DNA of 63,966 nt, filler included, from Lama guanicoe (GCA_013239625.1; 83 parts of 80 records of this genome joined end to end with filler, not necessarily neighbours in it); one strand, 5' to 3'. Shown: positions 48,491 through 62,884, counted from the whole stretch's first letter. The notes: generated by a model from the sequence alone, not told the origin. Program-made: numbers and translations.

Positions 48491-49414
48491 NNNNNNNNNN
48501 NNNNNNNNNNNNNNNNNNNNNNNNNNNNNNNNNNTTAATTAATTAANNNNNNNNNNNNNNNNNNNNNNNNNNNNNNNNNNNNNNNNNNNNGAAAATTTAA
48601 TTAATTATACAAAAGTGGAAAAAGAATAAACAGAGACCATGAGTGGAAAAGTATGGGGTCAAAGGAAGACAGTGAAGGGAGTGAACAAGCAAACTGATAG
48701 GGAGGAAAAACAGTAAGAGGAGACACAGGAAAATAAAATACTTAAGGCTAGCTGAGATCTACTGAGGGCAAGGAAGGAGACTGACAAACTCCTATCTAGG
48801 TTCCCAGAGCTTTGTTGAATACAGAATTCTCNNNNNNNNNNNNNNNNNNNNNNNNNNNNNNNNNNNNNNNNNNNNNNNNNNNNNNNNNNNNNNNNNNNNN
48901 NNNNNNNNNNNNNNNNNNNNNNNNNNNNNNNNNNNNNNTGTTTTATAACTTTTTTCTGAGCTTCCTGTTTGATCTTCTTGTTTGCTGAATTCTACTTTGT
49001 GTATTTACAAAAATGTTCTAGCTTCCACATTAAACAATGAGTTTCTTAATAAGTCTACATATTTTCTGAACTATGTAACACTTAGCAGCATACCTGCACA
49101 AACTGAAAAATCAAACTTATTTAGAAGACTCTATCTTAAAATATTAATTCTCTGGAAACTGATGTATANNNNNNNNNNNNNNNNNNNNNNNNNNNNNNNN
49201 NNNNNNNNNNNNTTAATTAATTAANNNNNNNNNNNNNNNNNNNNNNNNNNNNNNNNNNNNNNNNNNNNAGTGACAGAATGTCCTGAAATATTCGCTCAGC
49301 TCCATACACATCACTAGAGTGCTGACTCAACTTTTGGCTCCAGAGAAGACATGATGAGAAACTTGCCACTGTCTTCTCCTGTAATCTCACAACCTTGAAG
49401 CTTTAGACCTTAAT

Positions 49415-49892
49415 CTGGGTGGTCCCCCTTTTATGATGGTTGGACTTCACAATGGTGGGAAAGTGGTGTGCATTCAGTAGAAACCATACTTCAAAGTCTG
49501 AATTTTGGTCCTTTCCCAGGCTAGTGATGTGCATTACTATACTCTCATGATGCTGGGCAGGGCAGCGAGCTGCAGTATCACAAGGGTAAGCAATCAACAC
49601 ATTTACAACCATTCTGTATTCATACAACTGATTTATCTTTCACTTTCAGTACTCTATTAAATAAATTATATTAGATATTCGGCACTCTGCTACAAAATAG
49701 GCTTTGTGTTCGATGGTTTTGTCCAACTGTAGGTTAGTGTGTGTGTGTTCTGAGCATGGGTAGACTAGGCTAAGTTATGACATTTGGTAGGTAGGTTAGG
49801 TGTATCAAATGCATTTTCAGCTTAATTATATTTTCAACTTAATTATGAGTTTTTTGGGACATAATCCTATCCTAAGTTGAGAAAAATCTGTA
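49415..49892 (+). mobile_element. MER6-like TcMar-Tigger relic
   Basis: gcattcagtagaaaccatacttc, ctctcatgatgctgggcag, aaataggctttgtgtt.gatg and ...taagttgag.a..atctgTA resemble MER6. Confidence 0.75.
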
Positions 49893-51782
49893 TTATTTTT
49901 TGAATAGTGGCAGTTTAGAACTTTAATTTTTTTCACCCAGGAAGCCAAAATTCAGGCTGAAATTTCCCATACCATGGCCTTCAAATATCTGAACCAGAAT
50001 CACATGGCATTTTTATAGAAGTACAGATTCATGATTCCACCCAGACTCCTTAAATTGGTGTCTTTGAGAGTATTTCAGAAGCATTTGCTTCTTTCACAGG
50101 AAATTCAGGTGATTGTTTTTCCAACANNNNNNNNNNNNNNNNNNNNNNNNNNNNNNNNNNNNNNNNNNNNTTAATTAATTAANNNNNNNNNNNNNNNNNN
50201 NNNNNNNNNNNNNNNNNNNNNNNNNNTGTAACAATCCCTTTCCAAGGGCTGTATACATTTCTAGTTTCTGTGAAATTAAATATCACCCAAGAGCTGAAGG
50301 GACTCTCTTTCCTCGGCCTCTGGAAATCAGATTTTCCTCTTCTGTGCGGGAGAGAAAAAACATGTTGAAATATTCAAAGATTCTTCACGCTTCAAAGCTT
50401 CGAGAAGGTAAGATAGCCCCTGCTAGTCGCTGTAAATTACCGTATCAAACATATTCAAAGACAAACTGCAGGGTTACTTTTTTTTTCCCTCTTTCTGCCT
50501 GAGGATAATAAAGAAGGAATTTTCAAGTGGAAACTTAAATATTCAGATTTTTATTCAGTGTTATTGATAAACTCCATTATGACCCAACTTGAGCCAGAGT
50601 TTCCAAAAAAAGGAAGAAGAATGGAAGAATGGGCATGGTTCGAACTCAGTTATTCAACAAGCTATGTTTTTTTTTCTCTCTCTCTCTATAATTAGACTGT
50701 CATGAGCCTCTATTTTGTTTTTTTCACGAGCCAAGACTTTTCTAAGAAAATGCAATCAAACTCAGAGATTTCTCAGCTCTTTCAAATTGTCATCTGTCCA
50801 GGTGTTTAGCCACCTGTCACCTCACCACCTGTAGGGACGATCTCACCAACTCTCAGTCTGCGGGGTCTCACTCCTCTGTGACCTCACTCACACGTGGACG
50901 TTGTGTGGCACTTACATGTATCACCAGTGTCTCCTGGGTTACACTCAAGTCTTTGGGATATTCCATAATGTCCCACCCACCCACTCCCGATCCAATAGTC
51001 CCTTGTCCAGGCCAGCGGACCATGTCAACAGCTTTGTCTCAGCTAATCGTGGAGTTAAAGGCCANNNNNNNNNNNNNNNNNNNNNNNNNNNNNNNNNNNN
51101 NNNNNNNNTTAATTAATTAANNNNNNNNNNNNNNNNNNNNNNNNNNNNNNNNNNNNNNNNNNNNTCAAAGATTCAAAAATATTTTAACTTAACTATCTCA
51201 TCTGGTCTAAGTTGTATCTCATTCAGAGCAAAACTCCCATGTTATTTCAGATTTTTCCTATATCATTCAGCTTTTGTGTATGTTTGCCATACTGAGGTTT
51301 GCTTTTCCTAAAAGTTTACAGAAGATAGGTTAAGAGCAATTTCTTCAGAGTCAGACAACCTAGGTTTGAATTCTGGCTTTTCCATGTATGAGATATGTAA
51401 TTCTGGCTTCTGCTATTTTATATCTCAGTGCACTCTTTCTTTACAGTTAAAAGATGGTAATATTAAAATCCCAAAGTTGTTATGAGGACAAAATGCTATA
51501 TTTTCAGAGAATCTAACACCAAGCCTGTCGCATATCATAGGTCCAAGTAATGGCAGGGATTACATACCTTCGCTATGGGAATATACGAAATAAATCTAGC
51601 GACTTTCAAAGTGGGTTATAGATTAAACAAAATTTTTATTTATTTTTTCTTCCAGTCAGAACAGCTACACATAAATCAGGTANNNNNNNNNNNNNNNNNN
51701 NNNNNNNNNNNNNNNNNNNNNNNNNNTTAATTAATTAANNNNNNNNNNNNNNNNNNNNNNNNNNNNNNNNNNNNNNNNNNNN

Positions 51783-52470
51783 TGAATAAACAAAATGTGG
51801 TACATCACTACAATGTAATATTATTCAGCCACGAAAAGGAATAAAGCATTAATACACACTACAACACGTATGAATCTTGAAAACATCATGCTAAGTGAGA
51901 AGCCAATCACAAAAGACTACATATTACATGATTCCATTTATTTGAAATGGCCAGAACAGGGAAATCCATAGTAGATGAGTGGTTGCTAGGGCTGGGATGT
52001 AAGGGTGAGATCAGGTGGTGGTGGGGGGGTGGACTGAAAGCTAAAGAGTACAGGGTTTTTTTTTAAAATGAGGCAAATGTTTTAAAATTGACTGTGGTGA
52101 TAGTTGCACACAGCTATGAAGATATTACTAAAAATTATGTATTATATGCTTTATGTAGGTGAACTATATGGTATGTGAATTGTAACTCAATAAAGCAGCT
52201 TAAAAACACGAGATAATAGCACACACTCACTAAATTGACTAAAAGAAAAAAAAACTGTATTAAGTGTTAACAAAGATGTAGAGTCACTTATATCCGGGGA
52301 AAAAAAGATACAGAGCACCTATAAATAGCATACTCTGCTGGAAGAAATGTATAGTACGTCACTTTGGGAAACTGTTTGGCAGACTTCTAAAAAGTTAAAC
52401 ATACACCTGCTATAACCAGCTATTCCATTGGAGGGTATTTACCAAAGAGAAAGGAAAACCTATGTCCAAA
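51783..52470 (+). mobile_element. Old L1M 3' fragments
   Basis: aaacaaaatgtggtacat, catgctaagtgaga.agcca.tcacaaaagac and gtatgtgaattgtaactcaataaagc, followed by a second, older L1 piece. Confidence 0.8.
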
Positions 52471-54479
52471 AACCAAAAAAACAAAACTTGCACAACTTCA
52501 AGCCAGGTAAACCAATCTCCTAAAACCCTGAAGATCCAGTGTCACTACGAGAATTCAGATAGCTCATGTTTATCACTGGCATTCGTGGATTTAGAANNNN
52601 NNNNNNNNNNNNNNNNNNNNNNNNNNNNNNNNNNNNNNNNTTAATTAATTAANNNNNNNNNNNNNNNNNNNNNNNNNNNNNNNNNNNNNNNNNNNNGGGT
52701 GGATCGTGCCCTCTCCCAGCACCATGGTCAGGTGCTGTGTTTCTGCCAGGAAAGTGGGTTGCCACCCACTCTTTCCCAGCACTGGTCACTCTGCTGCTGT
52801 GCCCACACTGCCTCGGGTTGGTGTTCTGAAGGTGGGCTAAATGAAGGCCGTGGAACAGCCCCACCTCTGCTCCATGCCAAATCTCAGCTCCTTGTTTGTC
52901 TTGGCAGCTTGAGTTCTCTGAGGGACCAGGGCAGAAAGATTCTATCTGACTTCAGCTGTAAACAAGTCTCAGTCCTACCTAGGAGGTTGCGGATCCCCTG
53001 CGTGCAGTTTCAGGGCTCAGCCCCAACCCGGCCTGGGTGCTGCAAACAGAAGAATAGGCAACTTGGCTGTGCTCCACCTCTTTTCTCATGAGAAGTGCCA
53101 GTAATGGCAGCACAGGTCTGAGGAGACAATGGCTATAGCACCCCTCCCCCCAGGGCACACCAGCCATGTTGTTTTGCTTTTTCCACAATTTATGGGGGAC
53201 TGAGGTTGTTCTGCTCCATATTCCCTCCCAGCCATGGTACACAGAATCCTGTAGCCCCCTGGTAAGCCTCAGTGCAGCCACCCTAGTCCTCCACCCAGCT
53301 TGGGCCACCTGCCCCATCCCCAGCTGCCAGCTTTTGTCTCAGGCTGGGTGTTGTGGGGACACTTTGTGCCCATTTACCTCAGTTCTGTCAATCAAGGGGT
53401 GCTCGGGGCAGATCTGAGACTCGGAGGTTCCCCCTCCATCACACTGGCCCCTCCTTTGAAAAGGTGAGACCCAGTGAACAAGCACCAGTCCTCCTTTGCC
53501 GCTCCCTCCCAGTGGGATTGGTCTCACACCATTTTGCTTTTTCTTCTTGCTTTTTTTCCCTTTTTTCCTACCAGATTTTTGGCATCTCTATCTTTCAAAG
53601 AGGGCGATGTTCTGTCAGAGATTGGCAGGTGCTCTGGTTGGCTGAGTNNNNNNNNNNNNNNNNNNNNNNNNNNNNNNNNNNNNNNNNNNNNTTAATTAAT
53701 TAANNNNNNNNNNNNNNNNNNNNNNNNNNNNNNNNNNNNNNNNNNNNCTGATGAGGTTTGGAAGAGAGGGATGAGCAGATATGGCAAGTCTTTTGCGAAA
53801 GAATAGATACAGTCAGCCAAATGCAAATTTAAGCAGAGGCGGGCACACAGGGCGGTGCTAGGCTGGTCGGCAAAGGATGTGGAGGAGCTTTCGGTGTGTT
53901 GCTGGTAGGGAGAAGCGGGGCTCAGGCTGTGGAAGGAGGTAAGGCCAGCTGAAGAGGGGCTGGGATGGCATGCCAGGAATTTTCTTTTTGTCCTCTTGGG
54001 CCCTGAGGGGCTGCATCTGAGTTGAGGAGTACGGTGGTCAGTTTTGGAGTATTCAGTTTACAGTATGAGTCAGAGGTGGACAAGAGACATGTGTGTCATC
54101 TAGCAGATGGTGTCAGTGTTCCAAACAGGTGATGATGAAATGGGCCATAGCTGTGGGATCAGAGGGAAGAACCCGGATCCCAGAAACACTGAGGAGGCAG
54201 AAGCGACCGAAGCTGATGTGGGTTCAGCGAGGGAGGGGATGGAAGAGAAAGGAAGTTGTGCATTTTCTTTTTAACTTATTGAGCGTTTACAGCATGCCAG
54301 CACTTTACAGAGATGGCTTCATTTCATCAACATACCAGCTTGATGTGGTAGATACTACGATTATCCCATTTTGCTGATANNNNNNNNNNNNNNNNNNNNN
54401 NNNNNNNNNNNNNNNNNNNNNNNTTAATTAATTAANNNNNNNNNNNNNNNNNNNNNNNNNNNNNNNNNNNNNNNNNNNN

Positions 54480-54933
54480 TATTCTGGGTTCTATATTCTG
54501 TATTCTATAATTTATATTCTGTGTTCTGAATTCCATGTTATGAATTCTGTGTTCTGGGTTCAGTATTCTATAATCTATATTCTTTATTCTACATTCTATA
54601 TTCTACATTTTATTTGTGTATTCTTTATTCAATATTCTGTGTTCTAAATTCCATTTTCTAAATTCTGCATTCTCTTTTCTGTATTCTATATTATATATTC
54701 TGTGTTCTACAGTCTATATATATTATACATTCTATATTCTGTATTCTGTATTCTACATTCTGTATTCTACATACTGTATTCTAAATTCTATATACTGTAT
54801 TCTGTATTCTATATTCATCATTCTGGGTTCGACATTCCATGTTGTAATTTCTGTGTTCTGCATTCTTTATTCTATATTCTCTACTCTGTGTTCTAAATTC
54901 TATATTCTACATTCTATTTCTGTATTCTATATT
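54480..54933 (+). repeat. AT-rich 7-bp-based satellite
   Basis: Degenerate TATTCTA array. Confidence 0.93.
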
Positions 54934-55199
54934 NNNNNNNNNNNNNNNNNNNNNNNNNNNNNNNNNNNNNNNNNNNNTTAATTAATTAANNNNNNNNNNN
55001 NNNNNNNNNNNNNNNNNNNNNNNNNNNNNNNNNGTAAATTTTTCTTTCAGTATGTGAACATTCCATTCTAAATAAACACTAGTAACCTGAATTCATTACA
55101 TATTACAAGTATTATAAACTATAGTTTTGAGGGATTTAGTCCTGATTCATAAATATTACTTATCAAATTCAAATCAATATATGTGATACAATCCCTTAA

Positions 55200-55539
55200 A
55201 TAGCAGAGAATTCAAAAACATCAATCTCAAAAATTGTAGGAAATTTATTGACCGATCTGATCTTTACATTTTATAAAATATAAAAATATTCTTAACAAAT
55301 TCACTTTTAATACAATTCAACTAAATGTAATAAAAGTCATATATGAAAAACCCATGACTAACATCAAGTTCAATGTTAACATACAGGAAACTTTTCCCCT
55401 GGTCCACTAATAAGGAAAGGTTGCCCATTCTCACAAGTACTAAATTACACTATTTGAAGACCTAGTCAGAACAACTAGTCAAGAAGAAATTATAAAAGGC
55501 ATATAACTTGTAAAAAAGCAGTAAAATTTTTAGAAATGG
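55200..55539 (+). mobile_element. Highly degenerate LINE-1 ORF2 (RT region) fragment
   Basis: aaaagtcatatatgaaaaaccca..gactaacatca, aggttgcccattctcac and caagaagaaattataaaaggcata. Confidence 0.7.
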
Positions 55540-55639
55540 NNNNNNNNNNNNNNNNNNNNNNNNNNNNNNNNNNNNNNNNNNNNTTAATTAATTAANNNNN
55601 NNNNNNNNNNNNNNNNNNNNNNNNNNNNNNNNNNNNNNN

Positions 55640-56227
55640 GTTTCTCCTGCAAACTGTTCCATTGTGCTAGATGAATGAACATTTATACGCATGTTCAGTT
55701 TTGAGAGATAAGAATGTGTGAAAGGGAAACTTAAACTAGCTTGTTGGGAACACAAAGTTTCTATTCTGTTGCAAACCCCACAACATACATATATATCGGG
55801 CGGTACAAGCTTCACATTATTTTACAGTGAAAACTGCAGGAAATTCAAACCGGCAATAGGAAACAGACTGAGGAGCCAGTGGAAGTGTTTCTCCTGCAAA
55901 CTGTTCAATTTGTGCTATATGAAAAAAAAACCCCATAATCAGTTGTAAGGGTGAAGCGAGTGTGAAAGCCGTACTTCATTTACCTTGTTGGGAACACAAG
56001 GTTTCTCTTCAGTTGCAAACTCCACTACATACATATATATGGAGAAGTACAAGCTCCAACTCGGATTCACAGTGAAAACTAAAGGAACTTCAAACCGGCA
56101 CTAGGAAACAGACTGAGAACACAGTGTAATTGTTTCCCCTGCAAACTGAGCCCTTTGTGTTAGATGAACGAACGTCTTTCCACATGCTCAGTTTTGACAA
56201 TTAAATGTGTGAGAAATCTGTCCTTCA
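55640..56227 (-). repeat. Satellite B
   Basis: Reverse orientation; acagtgaaaact...ttcaaaccggca.taggaaacagactgag occurs twice. Confidence 0.94.
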
Positions 56228-56327
56228 NNNNNNNNNNNNNNNNNNNNNNNNNNNNNNNNNNNNNNNNNNNNTTAATTAATTAANNNNNNNNNNNNNNNNN
56301 NNNNNNNNNNNNNNNNNNNNNNNNNNN

Positions 56328-56850
56328 TGACATGGAAACAGCCTAAATGTCCATCAACAGATAGACTGAGTAAAGATATGGTATATTTATATGATGGAAT
56401 ACTATTCAGCCATAAAAACCAACAACATAAAGCCATTTGCAGAAACATGGATGTACTTGGAGAATGTCATTCTAAGTGAAGTAATCCAGAAGGAGAAAGA
56501 AAAATACCATATGATATCGCTCATATGAGGAATCTAAAAGAAAAAAACAAAAAAACCAAAGATACAAAACAGAAACAGACTTATAGACATAGAATACAAT
56601 CTTGTGGTTGCCAAGGGGGTGGGGAGGTGGGAAGGGACAGACTGGGATTTTAAAATGCAGAATAGATAAACAAGATTATACTGTATAGCACAGAGAATTA
56701 TATACTAGATCTTGTGGTAGCTCATAGCGGTAAAAAAAATGACAATGAATATATATATATTCGTGTATAACTGAAAAATTGTGCTCTACACCAAAATTTG
56801 ACACAACATTGTAAAATGACTGTCACTAAATTTAAAAAAAATGTAAAAAT
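56328..56850 (+). mobile_element. LINE-1 ORF2 end and complete 3'UTR
   Basis: cctaaatgtccatcaacag, ctaagtgaagtaa.ccaga, tatactgtatagcacag and gacacaacattgtaa, ending in an A-rich tail. Confidence 0.92.
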
Positions 56851-56999
56851 AACCATGCAGACTGAATGTGAGTGGATGTAAAAACATCTTTCATGCAAAN
56901 NNNNNNNNNNNNNNNNNNNNNNNNNNNNNNNNNNNNNNNNNNNTTAATTAATTAANNNNNNNNNNNNNNNNNNNNNNNNNNNNNNNNNNNNNNNNNNNN

Positions 57000-58139
57000 T
57001 CCTTTAATCATTATAAAATGCCTTTATTTATCTTTCTTTATGGACCTTCTTTTAAAGTCAATTTTGTCTGAAATCAGAACTGCTACACCTGCTTTTTTGG
57101 AGTTTCCATTTGCATGGAATATCCTTTTCCGTCCATTCACTCTCAATCTATATGTGTCCTTCTCCCTAAAGTGTGTCTCTTGTATGCAGTTTATTGAAGT
57201 TTCTTGCTTTATTATCCAGTCTGCCACTCTGTCTTTTGACTGGAGCATTTAGTCCATTATCATTTAGAGTAATTAATGATAAATGAGTGTTTATTGCTAT
57301 TTGAACTTATATTTGCAGTTGATTTCATATTTCTTCTTTGTTCCTTTCTTCTTCCTTTTGTGGTATGGTAATTTTCCTTTGTGCTATCTTGTATTGTATT
57401 TAGTTTTTGTTACTCTCTTGTAAGTTTTTGGCTTGTGATTACACTTTTTTGTAAGTCTGTTAACCAATTACTGTAACTGTGTGTACTAAACAGATAGTAA
57501 TGTAATCTNNNNNNNNNNNNNNNNNNNNNNNNNNNNNNNNNNNNNNNNNNNNNNNNNNNNNNNNNNNNNNNNNNNNNNNNNNNNNNNNNNNNNNNNNNNN
57601 NNNNNNNNNNNNNNNNNNNNNNNNNNNNNNNNNNNNNNNNNNNNNNNNNNNNNNNNNNNNNNNNNNNNNNNNNNNNNNNNNNNNNNNNNNNNNNNNNNNN
57701 NNNNNNNNNNNNNNNNNNNNNNNNNNNNNNNNNNNNNNNNNNNNNNNNNNNNNNNNNNNNNNNNNNNNNNNNNNNNNNNNNNNNNNNNNNNNNNNNNNNN
57801 NNNNNNNNNNNNNNNNNNNNNNNNNNNNNNNNNNNNNNNNNNNNNNNNNNNNNNNNNNNNNNNNNNNNNNNNNNNNNNNNNNNNNNNNNNNNNNNNNNNN
57901 NNNNNNNNNNNNNNNNNNNNNNNNNNNNNNNCCTTATCTTGTAACTCACTCTTTGTTTTTCTCTTGCTGCCTTTAGGATCATTTCTTTATCCTTCAGTCT
58001 GGCCATCTTGATTTTGATATGTCTTGGTGTGAGTCTCTTTAGGCTCTTCTTGTTTCGGAACCTCTGAACCTCCTGTACTTGGGTGTCTGATTCTTTATGT
58101 TTGGGAATTTTTCAGTCATGATTTCTTTAAATACCTTTT
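57000..58139 (-). mobile_element. LINE-1 ORF1 C-terminus, inter-ORF region and ORF2 endonuclease start, antisense
   Basis: Peptides MARLKDKEMILKAAREKQ (ORF1) and RVADWIIKQ...CIQETHFR...HANGNSKKAGVAVLISDKIDFK (APE endonuclease). Confidence 0.95.
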
Positions 58140-58239
58140 NNNNNNNNNNNNNNNNNNNNNNNNNNNNNNNNNNNNNNNNNNNNTTAATTAATTAANNNNN
58201 NNNNNNNNNNNNNNNNNNNNNNNNNNNNNNNNNNNNNNN

Positions 58240-59240
58240 CAAGTCATTTTGAGTTTATACTTGTGTATGGAGTGAAGGATTGTTCTAACTCCATTTCTCT
58301 GCATGCCGCTATCCAGCTTTCCCAACATCAGTTGGTGAAGAGATGGTCTTTTGTCTGTCATATTCTTGGCTACTCTGTCAAAGATTAATTCAACATAGAC
58401 CTGTAGATTTATTCCTAGGCCCTCTATTCTGTTCCATTGGACCATATGCCTGTTNNNNNNNNNNNNNNNNNNNNNNNNNNNNNNNNNNNNNNNNNNNNNN
58501 NNNNNNNNNNNNNNNNNNNNNNNNNNNNNNNNNNNNNNNNNNNNNNNNNNNNNNNNNNNNNNNNNNNNNNNNNNNNNNNNNNNNNNNNNNNNNNNNNNNN
58601 NNNNNNNNNNNNNNNNNNNNNNNNNNNNNNNNNNNNNNNNNNNNNNNNNNNNNNNNNNNNNNNNNNNNNNNNNNNNNNNNNNNNNNNNNNNNNNNNNNNN
58701 NNNNNNNNNNNTTACGAGACCATTGGGGATCTTTTCAATTCTTCAAATCTTTCTTGATTTCCTCAATCATTGTTTTCTTTTTCTCCATGTATAAGTCATT
58801 CACCAACTTAGTCAGAGTTATTCTTAAGTATTTTAAAGTTTTGGGTGCAGTTATAAAAGGGGTGGTTTCTATAAATTCTTTTCCCCTTGATTCAATGTTA
58901 GTGTAAAGAAATGTAATTGGTTTTTGTACATTAATCTGGCTACCTTGCCCAGTTCCTTTTTAGCCTAAGTATATTTTTGTGAAGCTTTTACAGTTTTCTA
59001 TATATAGTGTCATGTTTGCATATCGTGACAATTTTACCTTTTCTTTTCCAGTCTGAATAGTTTTATTCCTTTTTCTTTTCTGATCGTTGTGGCTAGTAAT
59101 TCCAAGACTATATAGAATTGTAATTGTGAGAACGGGCATCCTTGTCTTCTCTCAGGTTTTTGTGGGAAGATTTCCAGTTTTTCACCATTGAGTATTATGC
59201 TGTCTATATGTTTGTTGTAAATAGCTTTCATTATGTTGAG
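58240..59240 (-). mobile_element. LINE-1 ORF2 fragment, antisense, disrupted
   Basis: Peptides MKAIYNK...[12 protein letters not shown]...RQGCPFS and QWNRIE...LIFDR.AKN. Confidence 0.92.
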
Positions 59241-62200
59241 NNNNNNNNNNNNNNNNNNNNNNNNNNNNNNNNNNNNNNNNNNNNTTAATTAATTAANNNN
59301 NNNNNNNNNNNNNNNNNNNNNNNNNNNNNNNNNNNNNNNNTTAGGTTTGAATCCAAAATCACCTAGAGACATTATAGCTTTGAGAACCCGACTACACGTA
59401 TGCTAGTCTATTGAGAACCAGGTGTTCTTCTATCAGTGATGAGAAAGCTTAATCCTCCGATCATGTTGGGTAAAGCAATTTAACGCAACCAAGTCTGCAC
59501 CCCCATGATACAGTGCCCCCGGGGGTTTGACTCAATGAAAGAATGTCCACATAAGCTGTGTCTTTAATGTCATTGGCGACTTTTACAATTCCGTTCACTA
59601 TCTGACTTATAATATTTACCTATACTGTCTTGTAAAACTGAAGCCAAATACATATACAAGTTCAGTCAATGATTCCCCTCACTTACAACACTCCCTTCAC
59701 CCCAGAGAAGACACAAATCAAGAATTTGCTGAATCTAGCGGAAGGCCATCGTTTCTTTGTGTGAGATAATTANNNNNNNNNNNNNNNNNNNNNNNNNNNN
59801 NNNNNNNNNNNNNNNNTTAATTAATTAANNNNNNNNNNNNNNNNNNNNNNNNNNNNNNNNNNNNNNNNNNNNATTTAAGGATTATAAAATATCAATAATT
59901 TTTAAAAGAAAAATGATAGTAATAAAAGTCAGGAAAAACATCAGAAGAAAGAAAAGAGTAATCATTAGTTAGAATGTTCTAAAAGTTTCATCTTATTTGG
60001 GAAGATAAATATCATGAATAAATTTATGACATGTTTTAAAATTATACACTTTCAGAAAATATGTTAATAATTAAGATCAGCCAACAAATTAATAGTAATA
60101 CTGTCTATAGCTTTCAAAATGTATTGCAGGAGTCAGGGAGAGAATGTTGACAAAACTTTAAGACAACAGAAAGCCAGAAAAAAGACATAATGTAAACATA
60201 AATATATTATCCAACTACAGAGCAGGGAATGTAAGAATGGACAAAAATTACAAAAATTGTATGCATCATGGTGTCAATGGAATAATTCGTGTATGTGCAA
60301 CATATACATACACTAGATAAAAACATACCAAAATATTAATCTTATGTTGTTGGACTACAGGATGACAGATGATGGAAGAAATTTTCACATACTCAAATAT
60401 GGATAAGTCATTCTGGGTTATATATGATTTGGCTTAAAGTTTATGCTAGCTACAACAGACTGTTGTGAGGCTTTCAAACATGCACTGTACATCTGCTTTA
60501 ACAGTTAAAGAAAAAAGTGCATTCAAGAATCAAAATGGATCAGTACCATACTGTTTTAACTACTATAGCTTTGTAGTATACTCTGAAGTCCAGGAGCATG
60601 ATTCCCTTAGTTCTGTTCCACTTTCTTAAGATTGTTTTGTCNNNNNNNNNNNNNNNNNNNNNNNNNNNNNNNNNNNNNNNNNNNNTTAATTAATTAANNN
60701 NNNNNNNNNNNNNNNNNNNNNNNNNNNNNNNNNNNNNNNNNGAGCCTGACTTTTCCAGGTGTAGGAGCAGGTGTTCTGGCAGAAAGACCTGAGTGAGCCA
60801 ACGCTTAGAACCCGCATGAGAGTGGTAATCAGCAGCAGAATTATGACAGGTGCACAGGGAGCTTCTGGTATGTTCGGGGTCTGTGCCGTGTCCTCGTGGC
60901 ATGAAGGTCTATAAAGCAGGTGGGCTGGGGAGTGTAGTGGGTGGAGAGGGCAGAGGGGCCTGGGAGGAAGCCCGTGGGGTCAAGGAGTGATTTGCCCTGG
61001 GCTTCCCTGTCTGTTGGTGGCAGGTGGTCCTTTACAGAGACTGAGGCAGGATGGACTGAAGCTAGAAGGATGTGGAATGTCAGATCTGGTGTGGTTTTTC
61101 TAAGAAGTCAGCAGGGAGGGAGGGAGAAGCTGAGGGTGGGGCCTGGGAGGCTGAGTCTCTCCTGTGAGTAAATCAGGATCCAGCGCTTTCACTTTCCCTT
61201 TTGATTCTGGGGTACGTCTGGGCCCAGAGGAGGCTGGTTATTCCTCAGACGCACAGCTGGTGACTGGATCCACGCAGCTGACAACATCTGGGTCTGGGTC
61301 GCACTCAGCCAGAGGGAGACTCCTGGGTAAGCAGACCATCTCCCCATCCTCACCATGTCTCTCTGAGAAGAGGGTGCAGGTCACAACTTAATTGTGACTG
61401 TTTTGGAGAAGAAGGGAATGTGAAGCTCAGGGAGATGAGGTGAGGGGCCCGGGACCACAGGGCAAGCAGGGCAGAGCCTGCATGTGGAGGCAGACCTCTT
61501 CCTCCCCTTGGCCCCAAACAGAGCAGAGGGACGGTGACAACGGCTCAGGAGGCTGAGACGTGAGTGGTGACAACAGAAGGAAGGTGGATGTTGGGGACTN
61601 NNNNNNNNNNNNNNNNNNNNNNNNNNNNNNNNNNNNNNNNNNNTTAATTAATTAANNNNNNNNNNNNNNNNNNNNNNNNNNNNNNNNNNNNNNNNNNNNT
61701 CTTTTTTCCCCTACTTTTATTTCTGGAATTACTGAGGTTTGAGGTTTGGGGAAAATCATTTCTGGAAACAGGATTTATTTGATTTATTCTCTATTCCTCC
61801 TGTGCTACCTTTTTTTTTTTTTTTTTTTTTTATTGTGTTTTTTATTTTTTTTTTTTTTTTTTTTTTTTATTTGTCTNNNNNNNNNNNNNNNNNNNNNNNN
61901 NNNNNNNNNNNNNNNNNNNNNNNNNNNNNNNNNNNNNNNNNNNNNNNNNNNNNNNNNNNNNNNNNNNNNNNNNNNNNNNNNNNNNNNNNNNNNNNNNNNN
62001 NNNNNNNNNNNNNNNNNNNNNNNNNNNNNNNNNNNNNNNNNNNNNNNNNNNNNNNNNNNNNNNNNNNNNNNAAATGGTACTCTTTTTTTTTTAGATAATT
62101 TTTCACATTATGTTTTTCGGTTTGATTTGGCAATCAATTTTACTTACCACACTGGAAACCATTTGTGTTAAAGAAAAGATTATTCTTAATATNNNNNNNN

Positions 62201-62292
62201 NNNNNNNNNNNNNNNNNNNNNNNNNNNNNNNNNNNNTTAATTAATTAANNNNNNNNNNNNNNNNNNNNNNNNNNNNNNNNNNNNNNNNNNNN

Positions 62293-62784
62293 GTTGCAGG
62301 TGAAACACGTACTCTGGTTTCTCAGTCTGTTTCCTAGTGCCAGTTTTATATGCCAGCCTTTTTCACTGTAAAACCGAGTTGTAGCTTGTACCTCCCCATA
62401 TATATGTAAGGAGTGGGATTTGCAACGAAATGAAACTATGTGTTCCCATAAATCTAGTTGATGGACGGCTTTCACACACACTTCTCTCTCAGAACTGAGC
62501 ATGTGGAGAGACGTTCGTTCATCCAGTACAAAGGGAACGGTTTGCATGAAAGACAATTACTCTGGTTTGTCAGTCTGTTTCCTTGTGCTGGATTGAAGTG
62601 CCTGCTTTTTCACTGTAAACACGAGTTGGTGCTTATTCTTCCCCATATATATGTATGGTGTGGGGTTGGCAACTGAAAAGAAATTTTGGGTTCCCTTCAA
62701 CCTGGGTGAAGGACGGATTTCACACACACATATCACTCAGAACTTAGCATGTGGAGAGACGTTCGTTCATGCAGCACAAACGGA
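62293..62784 (+). repeat. Satellite B
   Basis: Two monomers of the 249-bp family. Confidence 0.95.
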
Positions 62785-62884
62785 NNNNNNNNNNNNNNNN
62801 NNNNNNNNNNNNNNNNNNNNNNNNNNNNTTAATTAATTAANNNNNNNNNNNNNNNNNNNNNNNNNNNNNNNNNNNNNNNNNNNN

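Noticed and set aside
50331..50407. Possible 77-bp exon ending AAG|GTAAGA
   Set aside because: The acceptor is mediocre and neither open frame is recognisable.
16190..54379. Several short MIR/L2/MER5-like relics (about 16200, 18030, 20930, 21980, 25950, 32040, 36560, 47460, 49980, 51330, 54270)
   Set aside because: They are plausible ancient repeats, but too degraded to give defensible boundaries or family names by eye, and they are ordinary mammalian background.
61809..61876. Poly-T tract giving a poly-Phe ORF
   Set aside because: It is a low-complexity run at a gap edge, probably a retroposon tail or a sequencing artefact.
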